Shown here one piece after another: positions 1-10,944 of a stretch of DNA of 64,000 nt. Source of the stretch: an uncultured Nitrososphaerales archaeon (GTDB taxonomy: Archaea; Thermoproteota; Nitrososphaeria; Nitrososphaerales; Nitrososphaeraceae); the NCBI GenBank assembly GCA_963713605.1, contig CAVQMO010000010.1, positions 64,001-128,000 on the forward strand. The letters run 5' to 3'. The stretch's first letter is position 1. Each line of letters starts with the position of its first letter. Under the pieces are notes generated by a model, which was given only the letters and a program-made list of their open reading frames with translations, had not been told where the DNA came from and made no database searches. Made by a program: the position numbers and the translations under genes.

Positions 1-1220
1 CATCTCCAACAAACATTTCATTTTGATAGCCAGTACCATAATTACCCGAATTTAAGAACTTGATTGCAGTAGGTCCAACTGTGTACAACCATGTTAGTTG
101 TGGAAGATGATAATGTCCTCTGCCATCAAAGTTTACAAGACCCTCGCCTTGTTCGGAAGCAACAGTTGCCGCGCCCTCTCTGGGATCGCCTCCACCACGA
201 GTATATATTCCCATTATTTGATTCCACCCGCTATTAAAGCCTGGTTCAACACGGTTTATCTCGTCACTGTGTCCAGGACCATTTTCACTATCCCACAAGT
301 AGCCAGAGACAGGGTCGAAATCGATCCCAAAGCTATTACGGATGCCATAAGCATAATACAGATTGAGAGGGTAATCGCTCCCTAGTATATAATCTCCAGT
401 ATTAGGATCAATGACAGGTTCACCATCCTGTGTTATTCGTAGAACGCCACCTGTTCCATCAGCTGGGACATCCGGCTCGTTCTGCGTTTCCGTTTCGCTT
501 TCTATCTTGTCTACGTCTCCGATAGTTATGTACAAGTTACCATCCGATCCAATCTTGATAACTCCACCATTGTGACGAGGACCAGGGTCCGCAGGTAGAT
601 CCAGAAGTAGCACCGGATTAACCAGAGCTACCAGCTGATCCTGGAGCGCCTTCTTGGAGTTCATATCTATACACTCTATTTCCTATTGCACTACCTAAGA
701 CATCTGCTTCAGTGTAATACAAGAAAACATTCGTCGTTCCTGTCTCATTGTTTTGAGATACAGCAATCCCGCACATACATCTTTCAACCTCTGTTGCTAC
801 GTTGACATCAAGAAGAGGCTGAGGTTGTACCACCCCATCTATGATTCGCATTACAGTTCCTTTGTCCTTCTCCAGTACTAGTATATCATTCTGAGACAAG
901 AAAGCCATAGTGGTCGGTAATGCCAGCCCCTCAGCTACCACCTCTGAAGTAAAACCAGGCAGATTAATGACAGGATTGCCTACGTCCTCATTATATCTCA
1001 GAGGAAACTCTGGCTCTTGCGAAGAGGCGAAAACAGATGCAGATCCCAATAATATTGACGGTATAGGGAAAGGAAGATACGACTGCGACTGCAATGAAGA
1101 TAATGATAGCCCAAATACTAAAGATAATGTAGTAAATATCATAAGAATAACCGTCATTAGCGTAATTTTGGTTTTATAACCTCGTTCTCTTTCTTTTTGC
1201 TCGTTGCTTCTTTCTATCAA
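1..1220 (-). CDS. Secreted PQQ-dependent glucose/sorbosone dehydrogenase (GSDH family); frameshifted, runs off the left edge
   Basis: N-terminal TM segment; GLALPTTMAFLSQNDILVLEKDKGTV. After a shift near 618 the reading continues LDLPADPGPRHNGGVIKIGSDGNLY, and after another near 385 AYGIRNSFGIDFDP..SENGP..DEINRVEPGFNSGW. Confidence 0.9.
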
Positions 1221-1796
1221 AAAGACACTCTTTCTCCTACCAGAGATCTTATAATTAGTATGGTAAAGTTATTCAACACGTTAAGTCAAGACACGTCATC
1301 TTATTTTATTGAATCTAAGTGTACCGATGAGCTCTAAATTTTATTGTTATAAATCCTTTTATCAAGAACAAAGAAAATATCTTAGCAAGTAGCCAATGAC
1401 ATTTCAGCAGAAAGTTTCGGGATTATTCACTTATAGCATCAACGGCGTCTAGTACCCGGGATCGTAACGGATACCGGCGAAGCTCCCTAACACTTCAATA
1501 ATTCGAATTTACAGTGTGTTGCTTTGCATACATGCAAGTTATATAAGAAGAAAAAGGATAGCAGGTGACAAATTGAATAAAATCCAGTCATTGTTGGCAT
1601 CCTCCTTAATTGCTCTATCTAGTTACCTTTTAATGATCAATGATAATGAAATTATGATACACTTTCTCTCTACATGTGAAATGAGATCATTTCGATAGCA
1701 CTCTGATGTAGGAAATTATAACAAATAGCTTACACTATCGCACAATAACAGAAGATAGCAAAAGCTAAACATTATGGATACAAATGACATGTAACA

Positions 1797-2928
1797 ATGG
1801 ATAGAAAGCAAAAAGAGGCTCTTGTCATAGCACTATCTGAAAAAGGGAGAACCTATAGAGAGATTACAAAAGAGGTAGGGGTGTCTCCAAACACGATCAA
1901 GGCTATTTTGAACAAAGCAGGTCTAGACCAGACTACTTCAATATCCTCTAGAGTCTTTGAGCTTTACTCTCAAGATAAGACCCCCCTTAGATGTGGTTAT
2001 TACACTAGGGCTCAAATCTGAAGAAGTACTACGTTATCATCAAGAATACTTTATGCTTCTAGGATGTACCGAATTTACTAAGGTTTACCTCCAGATCAAG
2101 GATAACCCTTGGGCGTACGTGAACCTCGTCAAACTAGCTTTATATTCGGGAATGAGTGATGGCGAAGTTGTAGAGCTTCTCAAGATCGCAAATGGACATC
2201 TTCCCAGGGTTCGGTTAGAATACGATCGACTTAAAGCTGGATTAAAATCATTAGAAGATGAAAAAAACAATTCAACTAAGGACTACCATCGATTATGCAA
2301 CGATATTTCAGGGATGAAAACAACAGTGAATCAGCTTCAATTAACCATAAAAGAATCAAAAGATGAAACAGCCAAGCTAGAATTGCAGAAGATAAGACTT
2401 CAGAATTTCGTAAACGACTTTCGAAATAATGGTATAGAATATAACAAAGTCAAACAAGCAATCGAAGGACAGATTGAATATGTTCTAGCAGATCGTAAAC
2501 AATTATTGCGAATGGCTATTCAATCCGTCATCGAACTATTGCGATTAGACCCTCAGAAATTTCATTCTTATTATTACAACCGTTCGACAATACAACCAGA
2601 AGCTGATGAAGAACTAATATTAATCGAAGCTGAAAGGCTTTATGAAAAGATGCTTGAAAACATCACAAATAGGGTAGTTACCGATTTGAGTGATAGTATA
2701 TCATCCCTTCCCTCATTCACACAAAAAGAATCATCAGAACAAAATTCGGGTAATATGCTAACGTCTTTTTTGTATTCCAAAGAAGAATGCACTTTGTCAG
2801 ATCCTGAAGATAAAGAGATAGAAGGAAATTCGTTCAAAGAACGTCCTGACCTACTAGCTGGTCATAGAATGAAATTTTATCCATATGGTGGACAAGCATG
2901 GCATCCTAATTTTGGTGTGGAATTCTAA
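1797..2928 (+). CDS. N-terminal HTH plus coiled-coil protein; frameshift in the C-run at ~1981-1986
   Basis: HTH GRTYREITKEVGVSPNTIKAIL in ORF 1797-2021 joins ORF 1957-2928, which has a long heptad-rich segment. Confidence 0.75.
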
Positions 2929-2963
2929 AGCCTAAATTCAGATCTGCTCTCTCATGGGATGCT

Positions 2964-3319
2964 GTATATAATCATTATATCAACAGATATCTAACAACTA
3001 TTCTCATACTAGTACCTAATGAGACCTGTAAATCTAGTGTAGAATACTGCAAAGCACCAAGACCAATACATTAGTTATATATCATGATACACAATCTTCT
3101 ATTAGATTTCAATGAGTGGTGACGAGCAGAGTACTGGAAATTCTGGAACACCAACTAGCAATAGTTTCTCGAAACCTGTAGAAGTAGCCAAAGAATATAC
3201 AGTAGATATAATTGGGACAGGTAAGTCGGGAGATGGTATCGCAAGAATCCAGGGTTTTGTAATTTTTGTAAAAAACACTAAATCTGGGGATAAAAACATA
3301 AAGATTAAGATTGATTCTG
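2964..3319 (+). repeat. Copy 1 of a ~350 bp inverted repeat (partner 31274-31609)
   Basis: Near-identical reverse complement read directly from the sequence. Confidence 0.95.
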
Positions 3320-3360
3320 TGGGAAATAGATTTGCTAGAGCAGATGTAGTTTCTAAATAG
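3112..3360 (+). CDS. Single TRAM-domain protein (RNA chaperone / cold-shock type)
   Basis: KPVEVAKEYTVDIIGTGKSGDGIARIQGFVIFVKNTKSGDKNIKIKIDSVGNRFARA. Confidence 0.9.
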   Translation: MSGDEQSTGNSGTPTSNSFSKPVEVAKEYTVDIIGTGKSGDGIARIQGFVIFVKNTKSGDKNIKIKIDSVGNRFARADVVSK

Positions 3361-3729
3361 AATGTTGATTAAGATTTTGTATAAATGAGTCAACCACAAC
3401 CACAACAGTAACAGCAATTATTAGCACTCCCTATCATTAAAAATTACTAGTTCTGGAAGGCTTTTAGTCCACCATCACTAAATTACTTGCGTTGATAGCC
3501 GCTGTCTCTGGCTTGGCAGGTGTCATTGGAGGAGCATATATTTCACATAAATATCCCTTTAGTGGAATTCAGAACAAGGAACAAAGAGAGATAATGAAGG
3601 AAAAAGTAGGTCTGTACGCTTGCTTTTTTTTCAAACTGGCAAGGATGGTAAAAATAAGATGGTATCCTACTACAAATCACCCCGGATCATTTAGCAGGAG
3701 CTATAGGGTCAGGAGATGGTTGATCGATA

Positions 3730-3978
3730 TTGAAGGCAAAAAATAGAAATCGAACCGAAATTATCGCTTCAATTCTAGAAGCTGCTAAAGGTGATGGTGC
3801 AAGTAAGACAAGAATTATGTTTACTGCTTACCTATCATATGAACAGCTGAAGAAATACCTCAATGAATTACAGGACAAAGAATTTTTGGCATATGATTTT
3901 CATACACGGACTTATAATATAACATCGAAAGGGAGTGAGTTCTTGAAACTGTACGCTGAACTGGAAAAGATACAGTGA
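3730..3978 (+). CDS. Winged helix-turn-helix protein (HTH_45-like)
   Basis: RNRTEIIASILEAAKGDGASKTRIMFTAYLSYEQLKKYL...YNITSKGSEFL. Confidence 0.85.
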   Translation: MKAKNRNRTEIIASILEAAKGDGASKTRIMFTAYLSYEQLKKYLNELQDKEFLAYDFHTRTYNITSKGSEFLKLYAELEKIQ

Positions 3979-4248
3979 TTCCTAGCATTGCTTTCCTGGC
4001 AATTTGATCTGTGATTAAGTTGATCGATATCTATAACTAATATTTATACCCCCATCAGCAGGTTGTAGTTGAAATCTTAGTGAAACTATCTTGTCGACTT
4101 ATATCATTCCTTTATCACTTCAATTGTCGTAAGTATTCCGTGTATAGACTTTGCTATCAATCTGTAATCTTCTGGTCCTCCCAAATCCTTGTTCTTTTCA
4201 CACTTTAGCAAGGATGCATACTTATAGTATGTTAGCTTATAAATTGCG

Positions 4249-4398
4249 ATGAGCGAAGATATAGAATCAGCACAAAAGAACCAGAAAAAGATTGGGGCGG
4301 CTGAAGATGATCCAGAAACCTCTGGCCCAGCAGAAAACCTTCGTGAAGAAGCCGCAGAAATGACTGATAAAGATCAGGATGAAAAAGAACCAGCTTAG
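4249..4398 (+). CDS. Small acidic hydrophilic protein (49 aa), not in ORF track
   Basis: MSEDIESAQKNQKKIGAAEDDPETSGPAENLREEAAEMTDKDQDEKEPA*, AT-rich leader upstream. Confidence 0.6.
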   Translation: MSEDIESAQKNQKKIGAAEDDPETSGPAENLREEAAEMTDKDQDEKEPA

Positions 4399-4446
4399 CT
4401 GAAAGAGGTAGTATACTACTATTTTTTGTCGCCGAGGAGACTCCAT

Positions 4447-4704
4447 ATGAGCGATGATATGAGAACCAAATTAACTGACTTTGCAGCCGAATTTATGACA
4501 GAAGCTGAAGCTGAACAGAGACTGAAAGAGGTATTCGAAAAGCATATAGATATTGCTCGGGTATCCAAAGAAGCAGGAAATTATGAACAACTGGTAGAAT
4601 CCTATATCCGCGCTAGTGCCGCTGCCAACGTTATTGGAGTTAATAAAAAAGAAAGACTAGCCTTTCTTACACCTAACCAATCAACGGAAATTATCATGCA
4701 ATAG
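4447..4704 (+). CDS. Hypothetical helical protein
   Basis: Clean ORF from ATG 4447, preceded by GAGGAG. Confidence 0.6.
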   Translation: MSDDMRTKLTDFAAEFMTEAEAEQRLKEVFEKHIDIARVSKEAGNYEQLVESYIRASAAANVIGVNKKERLAFLTPNQSTEIIMQ

Positions 4705-4883
4705 GCAAGTAAATCTGTATTTATAATGTATGGGTGCAAAACCCTAGGCATTGTCGTATACACACCTGGGTCGGCTGAATATGAGATTCTACAAATACTA
4801 TTTTATAATTTGTCTGACAATAATACAGATTATGTTTATATTCCCTGCCTTTCAAATCTTGAATTTGACTATCTTTTAGTCTT

Positions 4884-5884
4884 CTATTTCTGCATTTCAG
4901 GGAATAGTTTTTGTAAATCTAGGACTCTCTTTCTTAACGTAACTACGCTTATTCCTCCCGCTTGTGCTATTCTTGCTTGACTAACGTTACCTTGTTTTTC
5001 AACCTGACAAGCACCATACAAAGCAGCAGTTGCAAGGGCCTTCGGATCCTTGCCAAATGAGATAGGATTTTTCTTTACTACATCTAACATATCAAGTGCA
5101 GTTCTGTAGGTCTTTTGGCTAACAGCGAGCATTCTCTGCAACCTTCGACATATAGCGTGCTGCATCTACAGAAGGAGAGCTAATACTTAGCTTTCGTGAC
5201 ATTATCCTAAAACATCTTCCAGCAAATATGTTGTCAGCGTCTGCTCGCCTTAGATACATCTTCTAATCGCCTAGGTATGTCCATTTCTTTACATGCAGCA
5301 TATATTGAAGAAACAACCATCTCTTTGATTGATCTGCCCTTAATGAGTTTGCTATCGAGAGTTTTGCGATAGTAATATGCTGCTCTTTCAATCACAGGGT
5401 CGGTAAGTGTAAGCTTATCTTTGGTTGCAGCCATTATTGCAAAGGCATTCCTCAAGTTCCTACTATGATTCTTATTGCTAGATAGTTTATCGTAATATCT
5501 TATTTTGTTAACGCTACTTAATTGATCCTGGTTTAAGGATGTTCCATACGCATCTGTATTCGAACTAGTAATTACAGTTGATAACCCTTTATCAGGATAT
5601 ACAAGTGAAGTTGGTTGACCCATCTCACTTTTTGAATTTGGATCTCTTTCGATGATGGTCTGCCTATCGGATATAACAGTAGCACATTGAGAACAGATCG
5701 TTTCTCCGGTTATTCCATCAAAAATCATTGAGCGTGACCTACATGATTTGCATATGATACTGGATGGAGCTAAAGACGAGGATTCTCCATCAATAACTCT
5801 ATCGACTAGTTTGTATTGCTGATTAGGCCCTTCTTGAAAAGAATGCCCAGAAGATACTAATGAATTTTCTACCACAGATTTCAC
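4884..5884 (-). CDS. tfb: Transcription initiation factor IIB paralog; frameshifted at ~5160-5250
   Basis: Zn ribbon CKSC..GETICSQC, PTSL..DKGLST, cyclin repeats (IKGRSIKEMVVSSIYAAC; GKDPKALATAALYGAC; SQARIAQAGGISVVTLRKR). Confidence 0.92.
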
Positions 5885-6097
5885 GAATAGGATATATTAG
5901 CACTTTCATAAAAGAAGTGGGTTTATATTGTAATTACTTAAATCATTTCTGATAATCCAAAATATTTTGTAACTGATCAATTACAAAGTTACTCTTTATT
6001 ACATGAATGGTCACGAGTGTGTTGTAGAATAAAAGCGTTTGAAACTGATAATCTCTTTTAGGTAAAAGACATCGTAGTCTTCATTGTCCCAACTGCT

Positions 6098-6341
6098 ATG
6101 ATTAAATGTAGTTTATGCGGAATGAGTTTGGACCGAAGATTGCATCTGCAGTAGGTGGACAACTAATTCGAAGACGATAGAATTTGTGAAAATAAGTAAT
6201 TCGAGAACGGAACTTCGATGCAGCAGATGTCACGGTTTAATGGGATGGTGGGACGAACCGCCTCGGACCAGAGCACATGTAAAGAAGATTATGCCGTTCA
6301 AGCGAGCATGGTCCGAAGAGGAATGCTTTGCCATGCGTTAG
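6098..6341 (+). CDS. Small Zn-finger protein, copy 1; one frameshift at ~6130
   Basis: MIKCSLCGMSL/TEDCICSRW...ELRCSRCHGLMGWW...IMPFKRAWSEEECFAMR*; paralog at 7526-7768. Confidence 0.7.
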
Positions 6342-6800
6342 TTATAATAAATACCGATAAAATGGAGTTAGAAGCAGATTTGCGTTGCAGACTTCTTATA
6401 TTTATTAATATATGTTGTACAATTCCAGTGAGAGATAGATAATAATAATTATAGTTTTAACCGATTAGTTAAACTAATTCGATTAAATTATAAAGATTTG
6501 CATAAAAATACTCTTTCAGCAGGTTAATCTGTTGAAATATCTAATTGGTATATGTTTATATCGCTAATTGCCATTCCGAGTATTAAGTAATACTTGGACA
6601 ATAAAACCGAGTGTATTCAGGACGTGACGTTAGATAAGAGTAAGTACCGAAACACCGAATATGACGATAAGATAGTAGAGAATCTGATGAAATATTTTGA
6701 AGCCGAAAGTTATGAAGAGTTAGAAAAATTCTTGAAAAATAGTCATATCCCATCATTCAGTTAGACGAAGCCATTTATATGATGAAATCCAATTTTTATT

Positions 6801-6953
6801 ATGGTCGAAGATAATGATAATTCAAAATATTCAAAAGACAGTTTTAATTTGTTAAATGGGATTAAACGTTATTTGCGAATAGAACATCAGGAAGATGATA
6901 AAAATCTGCTGGATTATCTTCGAAAGCAGGCAGGTTTGCATCACGACAAATGA
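6801..6953 (+). CDS. 50-aa protein, copy 1 (not in ORF track)
   Basis: MVEDNDNSKYSKDSFNLLNGIKRYLRIEHQEDDKNLLDYLRKQAGLHHDK*; conserved paralog at 9963-10112. Confidence 0.8.
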   Translation: MVEDNDNSKYSKDSFNLLNGIKRYLRIEHQEDDKNLLDYLRKQAGLHHDK

Positions 6954-7525
6954 CCATTTATCTATCTGCATCATATTTTTAGCATCCAGTGAGCTTCTTT
7001 AACATTCGACTTGAGTTATAGAAAATAATTAATTATACCCCCCAGGGAGACTAAGTTAATATTTCAAATCCTTTCAGAGAATTTTCTGATATATTAAGAT
7101 AAACTATATCATTATTATAATGATCCATTTCCGTTTTTGGGATTGAGTATATATGTTCTTTTTTGATTTCGTTATCAACCACACGTAGTTTATCTTTAGA
7201 CTCTACGAATAGTTTCCCAATTTCTTTGTCTTTACTTTGACTTAGAACGGCAGAAGCTCTATGAAATACATAATAGCTTCCCAGCGAGCGTTATTTCGCA
7301 TTACATAATATGTTCATTAAAGTATATAGAAGTTAATAATATATACATTTTTAATTAGTGTCATAGATTGGAGACTAATTGATAGATTACACCAATAGAG
7401 TTTACTGACTTAGTTAAACACAACCAAATGAGCTTGGCTAATGGATTGCGATAACCATGCGATATTGCATTATTAAAACACTATTTAGCTCAATGACAGT
7501 AGAATATCTTCAATGCTTGAACTAT

Positions 7526-7768
7526 ATGATAGCATCTAGTAATATCTTATGTAGTCTATAACATATTGACAAAAGCGGTGGGGCGTAATAATAAAAAACA
7601 TAGATGTTACCATGGGATAATGAAATTTAGCTCATGGTTAATGGTTCTACAATAGAGCTTCGCTGTCGTAGATGTAATGATATGGTGGGCTGGTGGCACA
7701 TTTCAGCAAATAAGTTTATGCCCATAAGACGAACATGGACTGAAGAAGAGCGTTTGGCTATGCGCTAG
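7526..7768 (+). pseudogene. Small Zn-finger protein, copy 2 (disrupted)
   Basis: ILCSL*...RCYHG...IELRCRRCNDMVGWW...FMPIRRTWTEEERLAMR*, followed by TTATAATA as in copy 1. Confidence 0.65.
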
Positions 7769-7780
7769 TTATAATAGAAA

Positions 7781-7826
7781 AAATATCAGATATAAGTCAG
7801 AGCCCGGTTTTGTATAATGTAGATAA
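7781..7826 (+). promoter_or_regulatory. Upstream motif shared by the two tandem secreted genes (second copy 8162-8207)
   Basis: AAATATCAGATATAAGTCA(G/T)AGCCCGGTTTT..TAAT..AGATAA at nearly the same distance from each ATG. Confidence 0.75.
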
Positions 7827-7850
7827 AAATAATATTACTCTCGTTATCAA

Positions 7851-8120
7851 ATGAATATCAAATACATCGCAATAGTCGCAGTAGTAGCAGCAACAATAAT
7901 GGGTACGACAGCAATAACAGCTAACAGCACGTTTGCAACCGAATATGACAAGAACCAAGCAATCAGCCAAACTAATGCATGTGGTAATGGTGAACTACCA
8001 TTGAATGTCGGATGTCAAAATATTGACTCACAAATTCAGGGTGACGAAAACGAAGTTGCTCTAGCGGGATCACAGTCATTTCCCAGTCTCCCAGCACCAG
8101 CACCAGAACCAGTAAAATAA
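7851..8120 (+). CDS. Small secreted Gln/Asn-rich protein with two Cys
   Basis: Signal peptide; NQAISQTNACGNGELPLNVGCQNIDSQIQGDEN. Confidence 0.85.
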   Translation: MNIKYIAIVAVVAATIMGTTAITANSTFATEYDKNQAISQTNACGNGELPLNVGCQNIDSQIQGDENEVALAGSQSFPSLPAPAPEPVK

Positions 8121-8230
8121 TTTAGCGATTCCATTCCATTTTTTTTGACAGCCGCTAGAAGAAATATCAGATATAAGTCATAGCCCGGTTTTACTTAATA
8201 CAGATAAGTACATCTGCTGTTAAACTTTCA

Positions 8231-8485
8231 ATGAATACTAAATATGTGTTCATTGTTGCAGCAGCAATGGTAGTAATGCTAGTTGGTGCAACAGCTCTTG
8301 CAGCAGAAGATGCGTACGCCGGAAAGAAGAAAGAAAGCAATCAAGCAACGTCACAAGCCACTGCTTGTGGAAATGATGAATTGCCATTGAATGTCTTCTG
8401 CCAGAATACCGAATCACAAGTTGAGGGCGAAGATAACTCAGTAGCAATAACCGGCAGCCAAAGCACAGCTTCTGGAGGAGATTAG
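8231..8485 (+). CDS. Small secreted Gln/Asn-rich protein, tandem paralog
   Basis: Signal peptide; NQATSQATACGNDELPLNVFCQNTESQVEGEDN; T-run downstream. Confidence 0.85.
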   Translation: MNTKYVFIVAAAMVVMLVGATALAAEDAYAGKKKESNQATSQATACGNDELPLNVFCQNTESQVEGEDNSVAITGSQSTASGGD

Positions 8486-8578
8486 AACCAATCAACTTAA
8501 CTTTCTTTTTTTAGTTTTTACGTTAACCGTATTGATAGATGGATAATTCTCTAATAGCTTGTTGGCCATAGTATTTAC

Positions 8579-8899
8579 ATGAGTAGAGAGCAACTGCTCT
8601 TTAAACAAGATTTAACGGTTTCAGAGATTTTACGTACTTACGGAAAACAGTTCAAACAGATAACAGAACGATACTCGGATGGTCATAATGGCAGATGTGC
8701 TCTGGGTGTTATCATGTCGTATTATGGATGGAATGGTAAAGATGATTCCCAAGCCGCTAGCAAATTATTGGGCACATTAATTGCATTAAGATGCGCCGGC
8801 ATTGATAAAAACAGTCTAATAGACATGAACGACTCGGGTATGTCATTTGATGAAATCGCCGATTACCTGGATAAATTCAGCAGCAGTAAATATTGGTGA
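8579..8899 (+). CDS. Hypothetical protein
   Basis: Clean 106-aa ORF with GRCALGVIMSYYGW and MNDSGMSFDEIADYL. Confidence 0.75.
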   Translation: MSREQLLFKQDLTVSEILRTYGKQFKQITERYSDGHNGRCALGVIMSYYGWNGKDDSQAASKLLGTLIALRCAGIDKNSLIDMNDSGMSFDEIADYLDKFSSSKYW

Positions 8900-9007
8900 T
8901 GAATAACAGTAATATTACTGCATTCCATTTTTTTATATTTAGAACTTTCTGAAACATTTTTGTCGCTAACGCTCATGCTTTGAATCTATTTCATCATTTC
9001 CAGAAAT

Positions 9008-9279
9008 GGAGTTGGTCAGCGTAAAATATGGGTACGGAAACACCAACCAACCCCCCAGTGTAGATAGTCGGGTCAATCCCGACCAACTATCCTACATCAC
9101 TGTTTTAAACATGGTACCATAACCCGTTCTCTCTTTGTATCTATTATGGTGTAATATTGCGTATGTAGATAATAGGGTGGAGAACAACCAGGAGATGAAG
9201 CCTGGCTGCCTACACCATTGTGTATGTCTAGACGATGTTTACTGAGGGCAGTCGTCTGCAGGTGCTAGGACATCTGCCT
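9008..9279. ncRNA. Candidate structured non-coding RNA (about five consecutive hairpins)
   Basis: Stems seen by eye: GGAGTTGGT/ACCAACCCC, GTCGGG/CCCGAC inside a longer stem, GTTCTC..TATCTAT/GTAGATA..GAGAAC, CCAGG/CCTGG, AGACGAT/GTCGTCT; no convincing ORF. Confidence 0.4.
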
Positions 9280-9389
9280 GACTATATTTACACAACATAT
9301 TATAAAAAATGATTTAAGTCATTGAACGAGAAAACCAGAAAATAAAATAAAATGGGATTGTATCTCTTCAGGTGTATACTAATCTCTAA

Positions 9390-9662
9390 CTAGTTCGATC
9401 CGTCTTCTCCATCGTCTTGTCCGTCACTGCCGCCATTGCCGTCGCCGTCTCCATCACCATCATCACCGTCGCCGCCATCGCCGCCACCTGTGCTCGTTGC
9501 TCCTGTCATGTTTCCTCCTGTCATGTTTCCTCCTGTCATGTTTCCTCCTGTCATGTTTCCTCCTGTCATGTTTGACTGTGCATAAATTGTGGATGCAAGT
9601 CCAGTCATTAATACCGACGCAACAATTGCTACGCCAATGGCTACAAATATTTGACTTTTCAT
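9390..9662 (-). CDS. Small secreted protein with five NMTG(G) repeats and a Gly/Asp tail
   Basis: Signal peptide, (NMTGG)n, GDGD-rich C-terminus. Confidence 0.85.
   Translation of the reverse strand: MKSQIFVAIGVAIVASVLMTGLASTIYAQSNMTGGNMTGGNMTGGNMTGGNMTGATSTGGGDGGDGDDGDGDGDGNGGSDGQDDGEDGSN
9501..9573. repeat. 15-bp tandem repeat x5 (coding)
   Basis: (TCCTGTCATGTTTCC)n. Confidence 0.98.
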
Positions 9663-9962
9663 CAAATTGGCAATTCACTTCATGATATATAACAATTTTA
9701 CGACGTATCGGCTAGAAGAAAGTCTCTATTGCTTAAATTTTATTGTGTCTTTACTTTAGATTAGATACATAAGCAAGACCGAACATTAGAACAAACCCAC
9801 AAGATGTTGAACTTGACTGGGATGATTTGTATTCATGGTTGGCACATGAAATCATCGAATCTAAAACTTTACAGATAGAGGATTAGTCATATACTAATAT
9901 ATTATTAGATTTAAACTGCGAATAATACGAAGCCATTTATATCATGATATCCAATTTTTATT

Positions 9963-10112
9963 ATGACAAAAGATAATGATTCAAATAAATATTCAAAAGA
10001 AAACTATAATTTGTTAAATGGGATTAAACGTTATTTGCGAATAGAACACCAAGAAGATGATAAAGATTTGCTGGACTATTTGCGGAAGCAGGCAGTCCTA
10101 CATCGGGACTGA
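9963..10112 (+). CDS. 49-aa protein, copy 2
   Basis: MTKDNDSNKYSKENYNLLNGIKRYLRIEHQEDDKDLLDYLRKQAVLHRD*; upstream 36 bp also conserved. Confidence 0.8.
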   Translation: MTKDNDSNKYSKENYNLLNGIKRYLRIEHQEDDKDLLDYLRKQAVLHRD

Positions 10113-10259
10113 CCCGAAACAGTACTTTTCAGTCTCTATATTACAATATTTTTATTCAATTTTGCATACTCCAATCCTAATGTCAGCATGATCAGATTTG
10201 AGTAGGACTTCTAACAGATTCCTCCCAGTTTTAATCTAACTTCACTAAGACTACAAAGT

Positions 10260-10589
10260 CTAAATTGGTACTCGATGCTCATTAGCAGAATGCTGTCTAA
10301 CAACAACTTTGTTAGTCTTATAGAATTCCATCTCCATACCTCTTGTTAGGTTATATCCTATCCTAAATGATTCATCAGTTGCGATAGGCATTAGTTCAGT
10401 ATTATGGGAATTACAAATAGGACAATCGAGAACGTGCGATGATGATCCAGATAGAGACTCTAAATCATCAATTCCGAAATAGGAGGCGCACCAATAACAT
10501 GAATTACAAATCACAAAATAGATTTTATCGATAGGCTGCAATATTTCATTATTTTCTATGGTATTAGGTGGGAACTTGGCTTGTTTCAC
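10260..10589 (-). CDS. Zn-ribbon protein (start uncertain)
   Basis: FVICNSCYWCASY...CPICNS..ELMPI. Confidence 0.75.
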   Translation of the reverse strand: MKQAKFPPNTIENNEILQPIDKIYFVICNSCYWCASYFGIDDLESLSGSSSHVLDCPICNSHNTELMPIATDESFRIGYNLTRGMEMEFYKTNKVVVRQHSANEHRVPI

Positions 10590-10817
10590 CGCAAATCATA
10601 CGCTAAATTAGTTCTAACGCTATCCATTAGAAAATCAGTAACTGAACAATCAAAATTTCTACATAGTATGGGGTCGGCTCAAATGGAACAAGAACTACAA
10701 TCAACCGTTATGAAGATCGCAAAGAAGCATTCGGATGTGTTAACGGAAAAGACGGGAGTTGAATCTTCAATGACAGAAACTGACATCAAAGAAGTACATG
10801 GCGATGGTAATAAATGA
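10581..10817 (+). pseudogene. C-terminal fragment of a hypothetical protein
   Basis: No proper start; protein-like GSAQMEQEL..LTEKTGVESSMTETDIKE. Confidence 0.45.
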
Positions 10818-10944
10818 AATCTATAAATCATAACTATCCATCCTAATCTTCTTCCAATCGGTTGTTATTAATTATCTAAACTTATAACTTCTATAAACAA
10901 ATCTGCTTATATTGTATATTACACATTTAACCCAAATAGACATA

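Noticed and set aside
6061..6341. Apparent long hairpins / possible ncRNA or TnpB zinc-ribbon remnant
   Set aside because: Better explained as a frameshifted Zn-finger gene with a protein-level paralog at 7526-7768; no RuvC DxNAA motif.
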